Shown: positions 20,579 through 29,802 of the stretch, one piece after another
Layout of the letters: every line of letters begins with the position of its first letter
Numbering within the stretch: the first letter of the stretch is position 1
Assembly: GCA_031414595.1 (NCBI GenBank)
Contig: JANNVX010000109.1
Coordinates: forward strand, 1-64,000
Source of the DNA: Deinococcales bacterium
GTDB lineage: Bacteria > Deinococcota > Deinococci > Deinococcales > JAAFIG01
Length of the DNA stretch: 64,000 nt
Direction of reading: 5' to 3'
Position numbers and translations under genes: made by a program
Notes under the pieces: model-generated
Told to the model about the DNA's origin: nothing
The model's database searches: none
What the model saw: the letters and a program-made list of their open reading frames with translations, nothing else

Positions 20579-20950
20579 TTAGATCATCACCCCAAAAGTA
20601 TTTAACTGGTGGTTCTCTGTGTTCGGGATAAACTGAACATTCACCCGATAACCAAGTGCCTCAGCTATTTTAACCACAGTTTGCATTTCTAAGGTTTCAT
20701 TGGCTGATTCAATGGCTTGGATTCGTGTATGGCTTAAATCAACCTGTTTAGCCAAAGCTCGAGTGCTAAGCCCTTGTTGTTCTCGAGCCGCTTTTAGCGC
20801 TTCGCCGAGGCGCTTGTATGAAATCAGGTCGTCAAAAAATGCCATCATTTCGGCTCGAGAACCAGCTTGACTACTTGCTGGTGCTTTGATTTCCGATTTG
20901 GATGGTAACGAATCTATAAGGCTTTCAAGAGCCTTGTTAATCTTGGACAT
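20579..20950 (-). CDS. XRE-family HTH protein (HigA-like antitoxin candidate)
   Basis: LKAAREQQGLSTRALAKQVDLSHTRIQAIES...KIAEALGYRVNVQF. Confidence 0.85.
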   Translation of the reverse strand: MSKINKALESLIDSLPSKSEIKAPASSQAGSRAEMMAFFDDLISYKRLGEALKAAREQQGLSTRALAKQVDLSHTRIQAIESANETLEMQTVVKIAEALGYRVNVQFIPNTENHQLNTFGVMI

Positions 20951-21021
20951 GATTAAATCCTCTACTTCCTGTACCCAAATATATTGTCCCTCAAGCTATT
21001 CCCAGATTATGTTTTTGGGCT

Positions 21022-21393
21022 TCATAGGGTTTTAGCGATTTTTAATCCATCACTAAGTAAGACAATTGATGGAGACGCGGTTTTTTGCCGATTGGCATGG
21101 TAAATATGAATACCGTCTTGTTGGTCAATGAATGCGTATAAGGCTAAATTGCCTTGCATCACATCAAAAAATACAAACCAACTATCTTTTAATGGGCTTA
21201 CCGCGTGAGCATGAATTGATTTGATCCCATGCACTTCTATCTCTTGGAGCATTGAATTGAGGTCGTGTCTTAATTGTCGCTCGGTGTTTGCATCTGCTGC
21301 ATCAACCATCTGTTTGATGTCAAGTTTTAATTGTGATGTGTCGCTGTTCTTTCTTTTCGGGAAAAATATGCGTTTAAGGTTGATGTTTGACAT
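21022..21393 (-). CDS. Hypothetical protein, possibly a divergent RelE/Gp49-like toxin
   Basis: Upstream of an XRE gene; C-terminal LYAFID...IHIYHANRQKTASP resembles the Gp49-type llhaf.KKt.ktP pattern. Confidence 0.45.
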   Translation of the reverse strand: MSNINLKRIFFPKRKNSDTSQLKLDIKQMVDAADANTERQLRHDLNSMLQEIEVHGIKSIHAHAVSPLKDSWFVFFDVMQGNLALYAFIDQQDGIHIYHANRQKTASPSIVLLSDGLKIAKTL

Positions 21394-21608
21394 GAGCTTT
21401 ACCTCGCTTCAATTTGTTTTGTTTACATCCACCTGCCGAGTTGTGCGAGAATACCAAATTTCTTAAACCGCCAGACATAATTTTGCATAAGTTCCTCCTT
21501 GGTTTGCGAAGCATGGAAATACTAGCATTTCCATGCAAAATATGCAAGAAACCCCAAACGCAGGGCTTATGCAAATCAGGAAGTGTACAAAATAAGTCGT
21601 ATCTAACC

Positions 21609-21634
21609 GTAGTGGCGACCCTCATGGTCGCCCT
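21609..21634 (+). repeat. GTAG-type REP variant
   Basis: gtagtggcgaccctcatggtcgccct hairpin. Confidence 0.6.
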
Positions 21635-21826
21635 GCTGAGAATAAATTTTACTGGTTAAAGGCTTGATGCAGCAGCGTATCGTACAGGTGTTGAGCATGG
21701 CACAGCCCCTCAATTTGTTATCTGGGTAGGGGTTCATGGCGTTGCACAATCAAAACAAATTTTTGCTGAAGCTCGAGTGGCAGGGGTAAAATTATGGTCA
21801 TTCCTGACGAGAGTGTAGACTATCCC

Positions 21827-23623
21827 ATGAAAGCCGATGCCATTCCCCTGCGCTCACTACTCGAAGGCAAACAACAATTCGTTGTACCACTTTTTCAACG
21901 TCAATACGTTTGGAATCAAACCGAACATTGGGAACCACTTTGGGAAGATATTCTTCGTAAGTTCAAAGAACACCTGTCAGGGCGTACCAGCGCCCCAGTG
22001 CATTTTCTGGGCGCAATGGTTTTGCAGCAATTACCTACGCAAACAGGCAAGGTCACGCAACGCCAAGTGATTGATGGTCAGCAACGCCTGACCACATTGC
22101 AAATCGTCTTGGCAGTGTTTAGGGATTTTGCAGCCCAGCATAGCTTTACTAACCTTAGTGGCGATGCACAAGAGTACCTGATCAACTCCCGAAGAGAAGG
22201 CTCTGAGCTTCTAAAACTTATCCCAACCCAAGCAGACCGCGAACAATTCAAACAAGTCCTGACCCTAGGTTCACTCGAGTTACTGAATCAAAACTTTCTT
22301 TTGGTCAAGAAAAAAGGCGCTAAGAAATTTGACAAACGCCCAAGTATGGTCGAAGCCTATGCTTTTTTTTATCAGCAACTTACCGATTTTTTTGCCGAAA
22401 CAACCCACCTCGAGACTTGCTTTTCTATTTTGCTCGAGTCATTTCATGTCGTGGTGGTTGACCTCGATAAAACCGATGATGCCCAAGTCATCTTTGAAAC
22501 CTTGAATGCCAGAGGCGCACCACTTTCTCCTGCCGATCTGATTCGTAATTATGTGTTCTTACGAGTTGCCCAACAATCTAATAATCTCGATGCGCTTTAT
22601 GACCAATACTGGGCAGCCTTTGACCAACCTTTCTGGCGTGATTCGGTTTTGCAGGGGCGCTTAAAAAGACCACACTCCGATGTGTTTATGCAGTATTTTT
22701 TAACTGCCCAACGCGGCGCGGATATTTCGGTTAAGCATTTGTATGTCGAGTACAAAGATTGGATAGAACGCGATAAGCCTTTTACGACAATCGAAGCAGA
22801 ACTCCAGTTATTGGCGCAACAAGGCGTAAATTATCGAAACTTGGTTCTTGCACCGACCAGAAGCTCTTTTGGTCGTCTGGCTCAGTTTCTGCGTGCCTAT
22901 GATGTAACCACTTGCTACCCGCTCATGCTCGGATTCCTAAGCAGTGGCACAAACTTAGACGAACTGACTCGAGTTTCACGTACCATCGAGTCATATATTT
23001 TACGCCGTGCGGCTTGTGGTTATTCTACTAAAAACTACAATAATATTTTTCTGGCGGCATTGGTTGCCTGTAAAAATTTGGGTTTTTCGCATCAAACCTT
23101 GCTTGGTTTTCTCAAGAGTCTACGCAGTGAGTCTGCTGTTTTCCCATCTGACGATGAATTTGAATCGGCATTTTTGACCGCTTCAGCCTATTACTGGGGA
23201 CAGAAGCTCAGGTATATTCTGATTGAAATTAACCGCTCGTTGTTTACAGGTAAAACCGAAGAAATTGAGTTTCCTGTTCTCACCATCGAACACCTGATGC
23301 CACAAAGATGGTCAGCCAATTGGTTATTGCCGGACGGTTCAAAAGCCAACAGTCCAATGGCTGAAGATGACCCACGTTTTGACCTTTACCGTCAACGAGA
23401 GAAGCACATTCATACCATTGGTAATTTGACGCTCATCACAGGGAATTTGAACGGCAGCATTTCAAATGCTTCGTGGGATGTTAAGCGCCCTGAAATCCTC
23501 AATAACTCGAGCTTGCCAATCAATCAGACACTTCGGCAATACGATAACTGGGACGAAAAAACTATTGAAGAACGAGGGCAATGGCTTTTTGAACAAGCCA
23601 AGAAAATCTGGTCTCGAGCTTAG
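21827..23623 (+). CDS. DUF262-DUF1524 protein (GmrSD-like, putative modification-dependent restriction endonuclease)
   Basis: VPLFQRQYVW, IDGQQRLTT, IFETLNARG; HNH-like IEHLMPQ...IGNLTLITGNLNGSISN. Confidence 0.9.
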   Translation: MKADAIPLRSLLEGKQQFVVPLFQRQYVWNQTEHWEPLWEDILRKFKEHLSGRTSAPVHFLGAMVLQQLPTQTGKVTQRQVIDGQQRLTTLQIVLAVFRDFAAQHSFTNLSGDAQEYLINSRREGSELLKLIPTQADREQFKQVLTLGSLELLNQNFLLVKKKGAKKFDKRPSMVEAYAFFYQQLTDFFAETTHLETCFSILLESFHVVVVDLDKTDDAQVIFETLNARGAPLSPADLIRNYVFLRVAQQSNNLDALYDQYWAAFDQPFWRDSVLQGRLKRPHSDVFMQYFLTAQRGADISVKHLYVEYKDWIERDKPFTTIEAELQLLAQQGVNYRNLVLAPTRSSFGRLAQFLRAYDVTTCYPLMLGFLSSGTNLDELTRVSRTIESYILRRAACGYSTKNYNNIFLAALVACKNLGFSHQTLLGFLKSLRSESAVFPSDDEFESAFLTASAYYWGQKLRYILIEINRSLFTGKTEEIEFPVLTIEHLMPQRWSANWLLPDGSKANSPMAEDDPRFDLYRQREKHIHTIGNLTLITGNLNGSISNASWDVKRPEILNNSSLPINQTLRQYDNWDEKTIEERGQWLFEQAKKIWSRA

Positions 23624-23651
23624 AGTAGGTCAAACTGGTACACTGCCCGTC

Positions 23652-25478
23652 ATGTCGGACTTAAAAACACTCCTTAAACTTGCCCTCGAGAAAATTGTTC
23701 CCCCCGAAATCGAAGTGGTGATTCAGGACACACCCGCAGATAAACCCGGAGACTACGGTTCGCCTGTGGCGTTTTTATTGGCAAAAGCCTTAAAGCAAAA
23801 CCCAGTTCAAATTGCCAAAGAATTAGCTGCAAAAGTCGAATTGCCAGTTGGTGTAGCTCGAGCCGAAGCGGTTGGTCCTTATTTGAATTTTTTTGTTGAC
23901 CAGAGTGCATTTGTGCAAAGTGTTATCTTGAGTGTCTACACGCCCGAACCCAAGAACCAAAAAGTAATTGTTGAACACACCAGTGTCAACCCGAATAAAG
24001 AATGGCACGTTGGACATATTCGCGGGGCGCTGATTGGCGATGCACTGGGCAGAATTTACCGTGCGGCTGGGTACAATGTCGAAATTCAAAACTATATAGA
24101 CGATACGGGCAGACAAGCCGCCGAGAGTCAATTTGCCGTGAAGCATTACAATGCAGTTTGGGATGGAACGCAAAAATATGACCACTGGCTTGGCGAGTTA
24201 TATGTGCGGCTGCATAAAGATTTTGACTTTAAGAAAAAAACCCCAGAAGCCCTTGCTCTCGAGCCAGCCATTGCGGAAGTGATTCATGCTTTAGAGCGCG
24301 GTGAACTGCGCCAAGAAATTGCTCGGGTGGTCAGTTCACAACTCGAGACAGCGTACAGCCTCGGAATCGAATACGACTTGCTGGTCTGGGAATCGGATGT
24401 GGTTCGGGCTGGGATTGTTGAAAAAGCCCTCGAGATTTTTGGCAGTCATTTAATCGCTCCAAGTGAAGGCAAATACGCAGGTGCAAAAGGTGTGGATTTA
24501 AGCCCGTTTGTCCCCGGACTTGAAGAACCTTTTAAGGTCTTGGTGCGCGGAAACGGCACATATGTTTACGAAACCAAAGACATTGCCTATCACTACTGGA
24601 AATTTGGGCTTTTTGAAGGACTCGAGTATCAAAAATTTGAGATTCAAAAAGTCAGTGGTAAACAACTCTGGACTTCAAGCCCAACGGGAGAACACGAGCC
24701 AGAAGGTCATCAATTTGCCCACGCTCAGCAAGTCATAAACGTGATTGACTCGAGACAAGCCTTAGCGCAAGTGGTGGTCAAAGCTGGACTTGGTTTAATT
24801 GCCGATGGGGTGTATGTCAAAGCTCATCATCATTTAGCCAATGAAACAGTATTGCTCGAGGGTCAAACCATGTCTGGACGCAAAGGCATTACTGTCAGTG
24901 CCGATGAAGTGATTGCCCAAGCTAAAGCTCGAGCGCTCGAGACGGTAAAAACAATTAGCCCAAATCATTCAAACTCTGAGCGTGTAGCTACCCAAATTGG
25001 CTTGGGCGCACTCAAATTTGCTTTTGTGAAAACCACCCCAGAACGCCAAATAGATTTTCGTTGGGATGCGGCTTTGGCGTTGCAAGGGGATACGGCTGTG
25101 GTGGTGCAGTACGCCCATGCCCGTGCCAGAAAAATTGCTCGAGAATACGTGGCTAAAGGCTTAAGCGGTACAGCCGATTTCTCGAGTTTAGGCGAACTCG
25201 AGCTTGGTGTTCTGAAAACTGTGGCAAAATACCCTGAAGTCTTGGCGCTTTGTACTCGAGATAAATCGGCGCATCCGATGTGTGCGTATGCCCTCGAGTT
25301 AGCTGGGGCTTTTAATGGCTATTACAATCATAAGGATGCCAATAATAAATCAGACACCAGTGTACTTCACGCCCCCGAAGGCTTACGCGAAGCACGGTTG
25401 GCGGTGGTCACTAGGGTAGCCGAGGCGATAAAAGAAGCGCTATTGGTACTTGGCATTGATGCACCAGACGAAATGTAG
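23652..25478 (+). CDS. argS: Arginyl-tRNA synthetase
   Basis: EHTSVNPNKEWHVGHIR, NYIDDTGRQ, MSGRKG, QYAHAR, C-terminal APDEM. Confidence 0.97.
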   Translation: MSDLKTLLKLALEKIVPPEIEVVIQDTPADKPGDYGSPVAFLLAKALKQNPVQIAKELAAKVELPVGVARAEAVGPYLNFFVDQSAFVQSVILSVYTPEPKNQKVIVEHTSVNPNKEWHVGHIRGALIGDALGRIYRAAGYNVEIQNYIDDTGRQAAESQFAVKHYNAVWDGTQKYDHWLGELYVRLHKDFDFKKKTPEALALEPAIAEVIHALERGELRQEIARVVSSQLETAYSLGIEYDLLVWESDVVRAGIVEKALEIFGSHLIAPSEGKYAGAKGVDLSPFVPGLEEPFKVLVRGNGTYVYETKDIAYHYWKFGLFEGLEYQKFEIQKVSGKQLWTSSPTGEHEPEGHQFAHAQQVINVIDSRQALAQVVVKAGLGLIADGVYVKAHHHLANETVLLEGQTMSGRKGITVSADEVIAQAKARALETVKTISPNHSNSERVATQIGLGALKFAFVKTTPERQIDFRWDAALALQGDTAVVVQYAHARARKIAREYVAKGLSGTADFSSLGELELGVLKTVAKYPEVLALCTRDKSAHPMCAYALELAGAFNGYYNHKDANNKSDTSVLHAPEGLREARLAVVTRVAEAIKEALLVLGIDAPDEM

Positions 25479-25599
25479 GCTATTTTTTTGCTTGGGTCTC
25501 GAGATTTTATCTTTATTCCCACAAAACTCTAGGGCTTGATGTTTTGCAAACGGCGCTCATTGGGTTTACCTTTTCCACCAAAATCTCGTAGAATACAAT

Positions 25600-28467
25600 G
25601 TGCTTCGGCTTTTAGGAACTGCCACTTATGACCACAAGCCCGTCACGCTTGAACGGTCTTTGTATCTGGTGGCTTTGTTGGTCTGTCAAAATTCTTGGAT
25701 GTCTCGAGAAGAGATGATTTTGCTTTTATGGGCAGAAGATGATTCGGGTAATATGGTCAAACAACGCCTTCGTCAGTTGCTTTACCGCGCTAAACAAATG
25801 CCTTATGCTGCCGAACTTGAAGTCAGTAGTACCCATTTACGCTTTAATGCCACCACCGATGTGCAATTATTCAGAAACGCGATTCAACAGCGCCATTGGT
25901 CAGAAGCGATTGCCTTATACCAAGGTGAATTCCTGCGTCATGCGGTTGTAGACTTGTCCGAACTTGACGAATGGTTTGCTTTAGAACGAGCCACCTTAAG
26001 TGCTGATTTTCGCTTGGCGGTCTTAGAACAGGCTTCTAAACTGCCCGCCCAAGAAGCGGCTTTATTGCTGGAGCAAGCCATGACCCATGACCCGCTCAAT
26101 GAGGAGTTGCTAAAAACACTGCTTGGTTACGCCAGCCAAGACCCCGAAATTGGACTTCGCGCCTATACACAATATGCCTTAGAATTGGCGCAAACTTTAC
26201 AACTTGAACCTTCTAAAGAAGTACGTGTCTTGGTGAGAGCCTTACCTGAAAAAAGCACACAAGTAACACCCAAACCACAATTTAAGTTACCAACCCCGAG
26301 CAGTGCCTTTGTGGGTCGTCAAGCCGAACTTGACCAAATCATGCAACGTTTAAGCGACCCCCGTTGTCGAATCCTGAGCTTGGTTGGGGTCGGGGGAATC
26401 GGTAAAACTCGGCTGGCGCTCGAGGTTGCCACTCGTATGCAAGCCGATGGAAGCACTCGTATGCAAGCCGATGGAAGCACTGGTATCTCTGAAGATGTGG
26501 TGTTTGTGGACCTTGCTCGGCTGAGCAACCATGAATTTGTCCCCCATGCAATCCTTGAAGCGATTGGCGAACGCCCTACCGAAAACCCACTTGAACACCT
26601 TAAAGAAGTCTTGGCTAGTAAAAAACTGCTTTTGATTTTGGATAACTTTGAACATCTGATGCAAGCCAGAGAAGTCGTGACTGGTTTACTTCAGCACACC
26701 ACCATGACCAGATTTATCGTCACTTCTCGAGAAAGCCTAGGACTTTTGCAGGAACAAGTCATAGAACTCCGAGGTTTACCTGCCCCAGATACTGTTTTTC
26801 CACTCGAGACTCAAGATGCGGCTCGGTTGTTTTTACGGGCTGCCCAACACAGTCAACTTGATTTTACTTTTGCCCAAGACTTTAAGGCTTTTGAGCGAAT
26901 TTATAAAGCGGTCGAAGGCACGCCGCTCGGTTTAGAATTGGCTGCCAGTTGGGTCAGAACCCTCAGCCTAAGCCAAATTGCCAGCGAACTCGAACGTAGC
27001 CTCGATATGCTGAGTCTCGACGCGCCAGATATGCCTAGCCGTCACCGCAGTTTTGCGGCTGTCTTTGCTTCAAGCTGGACACTACTCAATAAAGCCGAAC
27101 AAGCAGTCCTCACTAAACTTTCAGTTTTTCAAGGCGGATTTGATAAGGATATGGCAATCCAAGTGGCTGGCACAAATCTGACTTTGCTGCTGCGCTTGGT
27201 CAATAAATCTTTAATCTCGAGACGTGATCAACGCTTTGTGATGCACGAAATGATCCGCCAGTACAGCCAAGAAAATCATCTGCCTGAAAGCCAATATCAA
27301 ACCCTTCAAGCCCTGTGTAAAGTCGCCCTAGATTTAAGCGGCAAATGGTATGCCCACCGCAATGGCGAACAGATTGGCGAATGGAGTAAACGTCTCGAGC
27401 AAGACCATGACAACATCCGTACTGCTTTAGCTTGGGCGCTGCAACACGATACCTTGACTGGGACAACTATTTGTGGGCAATTAGAACACTTTTGGTATAT
27501 CCGAGGTCATCACCGCGAAGGGCTGAACTGGGCAAGGCAGTTTGAACCGCTTTACCAAGACCTAGACCAAAAGCGTGTGCTTTTACTATGGACAATCATT
27601 AGTCTGTCTAAAGAACTTGGCGAATACGATTTGGCAAAGGCAACCCTAGAAACCTACCGCCAACTGGCAATTACACTTCAGGATAAGCGATTGATTGCCA
27701 ATTACGAAAAATTAGTTGGATTTATAGCCCATGAACAAGGTCATTTGGATTTAGCCAAAATACATTTGGAAAATTCTTTGCAAATTCATATTGAATTTAA
27801 CAACCAGTATTCTATTGCCACCTGCCACAACAGTTTAGGGGTCATTGCTGCCAAACAAGGACTTTACGCAGCAGCCAAACATCACGCCGAGGAAGCCTTG
27901 CGCTTAAAACGCATCATCGGAGATAAACATGGTGTTGCTTATGCCATTGAAAATCTTGGGATAATTGCTGGTCAACAAGGCGATTATGCTTTAGAAAAAG
28001 TCATGATGGAAGAAGCCTTGCGCTTAAACCGTGAACTTGGCGATCAACAAGGGATCGCCAAAAGTATTTATGCGCTTGGAAAAAATGCACTCGAGCAGAA
28101 TCAAATTCAAAATGCAATCCAGTTTTGCCTTGAAGCCTTTGACATATGTTGTCGTTTGGAACGCCGTTATTTAATGATTCAACTGATTCATACCTTTGCC
28201 CAGATTGCCAGTCGGCTCGGGCAACCGCTAACAGCTTGGCGCTTTATTACCCTAAGCATTCACCTTTCAAACCAATTGCACAGTCTGCCACCACAATCAT
28301 GGTTTACTGAACAGCGTGACTGGCAAAAAGAAAGTAACTTAACGGCGACACAACTGGCAAAACTCGAGTTTGAACTAGAAAAACAACCACAGTTTGAGCG
28401 AATCCAAGAGATTTTTTTGTGGTTATCACAATCCCAAGTTTTGGTTCAAACACTGGTAAACAGCTAA
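25600..28467 (+). CDS. SARP/BTAD regulator with NB-ARC-like ATPase and TPR repeats
   Basis: FVGRQAEL, GVGGIGKTRLA, LILDNFEHL, TSRESL, GTPLGLELAA, C-terminal TPRs. Confidence 0.88.
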   Translation: MLRLLGTATYDHKPVTLERSLYLVALLVCQNSWMSREEMILLLWAEDDSGNMVKQRLRQLLYRAKQMPYAAELEVSSTHLRFNATTDVQLFRNAIQQRHWSEAIALYQGEFLRHAVVDLSELDEWFALERATLSADFRLAVLEQASKLPAQEAALLLEQAMTHDPLNEELLKTLLGYASQDPEIGLRAYTQYALELAQTLQLEPSKEVRVLVRALPEKSTQVTPKPQFKLPTPSSAFVGRQAELDQIMQRLSDPRCRILSLVGVGGIGKTRLALEVATRMQADGSTRMQADGSTGISEDVVFVDLARLSNHEFVPHAILEAIGERPTENPLEHLKEVLASKKLLLILDNFEHLMQAREVVTGLLQHTTMTRFIVTSRESLGLLQEQVIELRGLPAPDTVFPLETQDAARLFLRAAQHSQLDFTFAQDFKAFERIYKAVEGTPLGLELAASWVRTLSLSQIASELERSLDMLSLDAPDMPSRHRSFAAVFASSWTLLNKAEQAVLTKLSVFQGGFDKDMAIQVAGTNLTLLLRLVNKSLISRRDQRFVMHEMIRQYSQENHLPESQYQTLQALCKVALDLSGKWYAHRNGEQIGEWSKRLEQDHDNIRTALAWALQHDTLTGTTICGQLEHFWYIRGHHREGLNWARQFEPLYQDLDQKRVLLLWTIISLSKELGEYDLAKATLETYRQLAITLQDKRLIANYEKLVGFIAHEQGHLDLAKIHLENSLQIHIEFNNQYSIATCHNSLGVIAAKQGLYAAAKHHAEEALRLKRIIGDKHGVAYAIENLGIIAGQQGDYALEKVMMEEALRLNRELGDQQGIAKSIYALGKNALEQNQIQNAIQFCLEAFDICCRLERRYLMIQLIHTFAQIASRLGQPLTAWRFITLSIHLSNQLHSLPPQSWFTEQRDWQKESNLTATQLAKLEFELEKQPQFERIQEIFLWLSQSQVLVQTLVNS
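26431..26478 (+). repeat. In-frame 24-nt tandem duplication
   Basis: actcgtatgcaagccgatggaagc x2 (TRMQADGS x2). Confidence 0.9.
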
Positions 28468-28474
28468 AACAAGT

Positions 28475-29467
28475 CTATACGCCTTTTAGAATTGTTTCGA
28501 TTTGCTCGAGTTCGGCACTGCTAAAACCTAAGTTGTTCAATGCACCAACTGCATCTTCGATTTGCGATACCTTACTTGCGCCAATCAGTGCCGAATTGAC
28601 TTCGGGTAGGCGCAGCACCCAAGCCAATGCCATTTGTGCCAGTGTTTGCCCTCGAGTCTCTGCTAAGGCGTTTAAGCGCCTGACCTTCTCGAGTTTGTCA
28701 TCGGTCAAGTGTTCTGGTCTTAAAAAACCGTGGGCTTTGCTGGCGCGTGAACCTTCAGGTAAGCCTTTTAAGTATTTATCCGAAAGTAAACCCTGTGCGA
28801 GTGGCGAAAACACGATTGAACCAATGCCTTTTTCGTGTAGCACATCGGTTAATCCATTTTCAATCCAACGGTCAAACATATGGTAATTCGGTTGGTGAAT
28901 TAAGCACGGTGTACCAAGTTGACCCAAAATTTTAGCAGCTTCTTTGGTTTGTTCTGGGTTGTAACTCGAGATTCCAGCGTACAAAGCCCGACCACTGCGA
29001 ACAATAAAGTCAAGCGCTTGCATCGTTTCCTCGAGCGGTGTGTTTGGGTCAAAGCGGTGCGAATAAAAAATATCCACATATGGGACATTCATGCGTTTGA
29101 GGCTTTGGTCACAACTGGCAACCAAGTATTTGCGGCTGCCCCATTCACCGTAAGGTCCTGACCACATGAAGTAACCAGCCTTACTCGAGAGAATTAACTC
29201 ATCACGGTACGGCTTAAAGTCATCTTGGTAAATTCGTCCAAAGTTCTCTTCGGCGCTGCCCGGAGGAGGACCATAATTATTAGCCAAGTCAAAATGGTTA
29301 ATCCCAAGGTCAAAAGCACGGCGTAGCATCGCACGGCTGTTTTCAAAATTATCCACCCCACCAAAGTTATGCCACAAACCGAGTGAAATCGCGGGCAGTT
29401 GCAGTCCGCTTTTGCCGACCCGATTGTATTTCATGGTGTCATACCGATTGTCTGAAGCTAAATACAT
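28475..29467 (-). CDS. Aldo/keto reductase, L-glyceraldehyde 3-phosphate reductase (YghZ/Gpr-like)
   Basis: SGLQLPAISLGLWHNFG, FDLANNYGPPPGSAEENFG, YVDIFYSHR; start set at MYLASDNRY. Confidence 0.93.
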   Translation of the reverse strand: MYLASDNRYDTMKYNRVGKSGLQLPAISLGLWHNFGGVDNFENSRAMLRRAFDLGINHFDLANNYGPPPGSAEENFGRIYQDDFKPYRDELILSSKAGYFMWSGPYGEWGSRKYLVASCDQSLKRMNVPYVDIFYSHRFDPNTPLEETMQALDFIVRSGRALYAGISSYNPEQTKEAAKILGQLGTPCLIHQPNYHMFDRWIENGLTDVLHEKGIGSIVFSPLAQGLLSDKYLKGLPEGSRASKAHGFLRPEHLTDDKLEKVRRLNALAETRGQTLAQMALAWVLRLPEVNSALIGASKVSQIEDAVGALNNLGFSSAELEQIETILKGV

Positions 29468-29491
29468 GATTTGAAATTGTAACAGGTTTTC

Positions 29492-29554
29492 GTAGGGGTG
29501 AACCTTCTTGACCATAAACACGCACCTGACGGGCATGGTCGCTTGTGTTCATCC
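29492..29554 (+). repeat. REP interrupted by a 38-nt small hairpin element (29505-29542)
   Basis: gtaggggtgaacc[ttcttgaccataaacacgcacctgacgggcatggtcgc]ttgtgttcatcc. Confidence 0.75.
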
Positions 29555-29640
29555 TGTGAGACAAAGTAATTTGGAATTGCCCTATCCTCTAAGCTGTTTA
29601 CCCAATATCCCTGAAAGCTCAGAACAATTAGAATTTTTAC

Positions 29641-29802
29641 ATGGCACGTCAGAAAGTTAAAAAAACCGATCTTGAAAAACTAAAAATTGTCCTCGAGAAA
29701 CCCAAATCAATTCTTGGTCACATCGTCTCGAGACCTGTGCAAACCCACGACAACGAACGCCGCTATAACCGTAAGCGCGATAAGAAAGTTGCCGAGGAAT
29801 GA
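29641..29802 (+). CDS. Small basic protein (53 aa) missing from the ORF track
   Basis: MARQKVKKTDLEKLKIVLEKPKSILGHIVSRPVQTHDNERRYNRKRDKKVAEE; TAGAAT 6 nt before ATG; stop overlaps the MFS start (ATGA). Confidence 0.65.
   Translation: MARQKVKKTDLEKLKIVLEKPKSILGHIVSRPVQTHDNERRYNRKRDKKVAEE

Noticed and set aside
23466-23651. 157-nt overlap of argS with the DUF262 gene
   Set aside because: The real start is probably ATG 23652, directly after a TACACT -10 box
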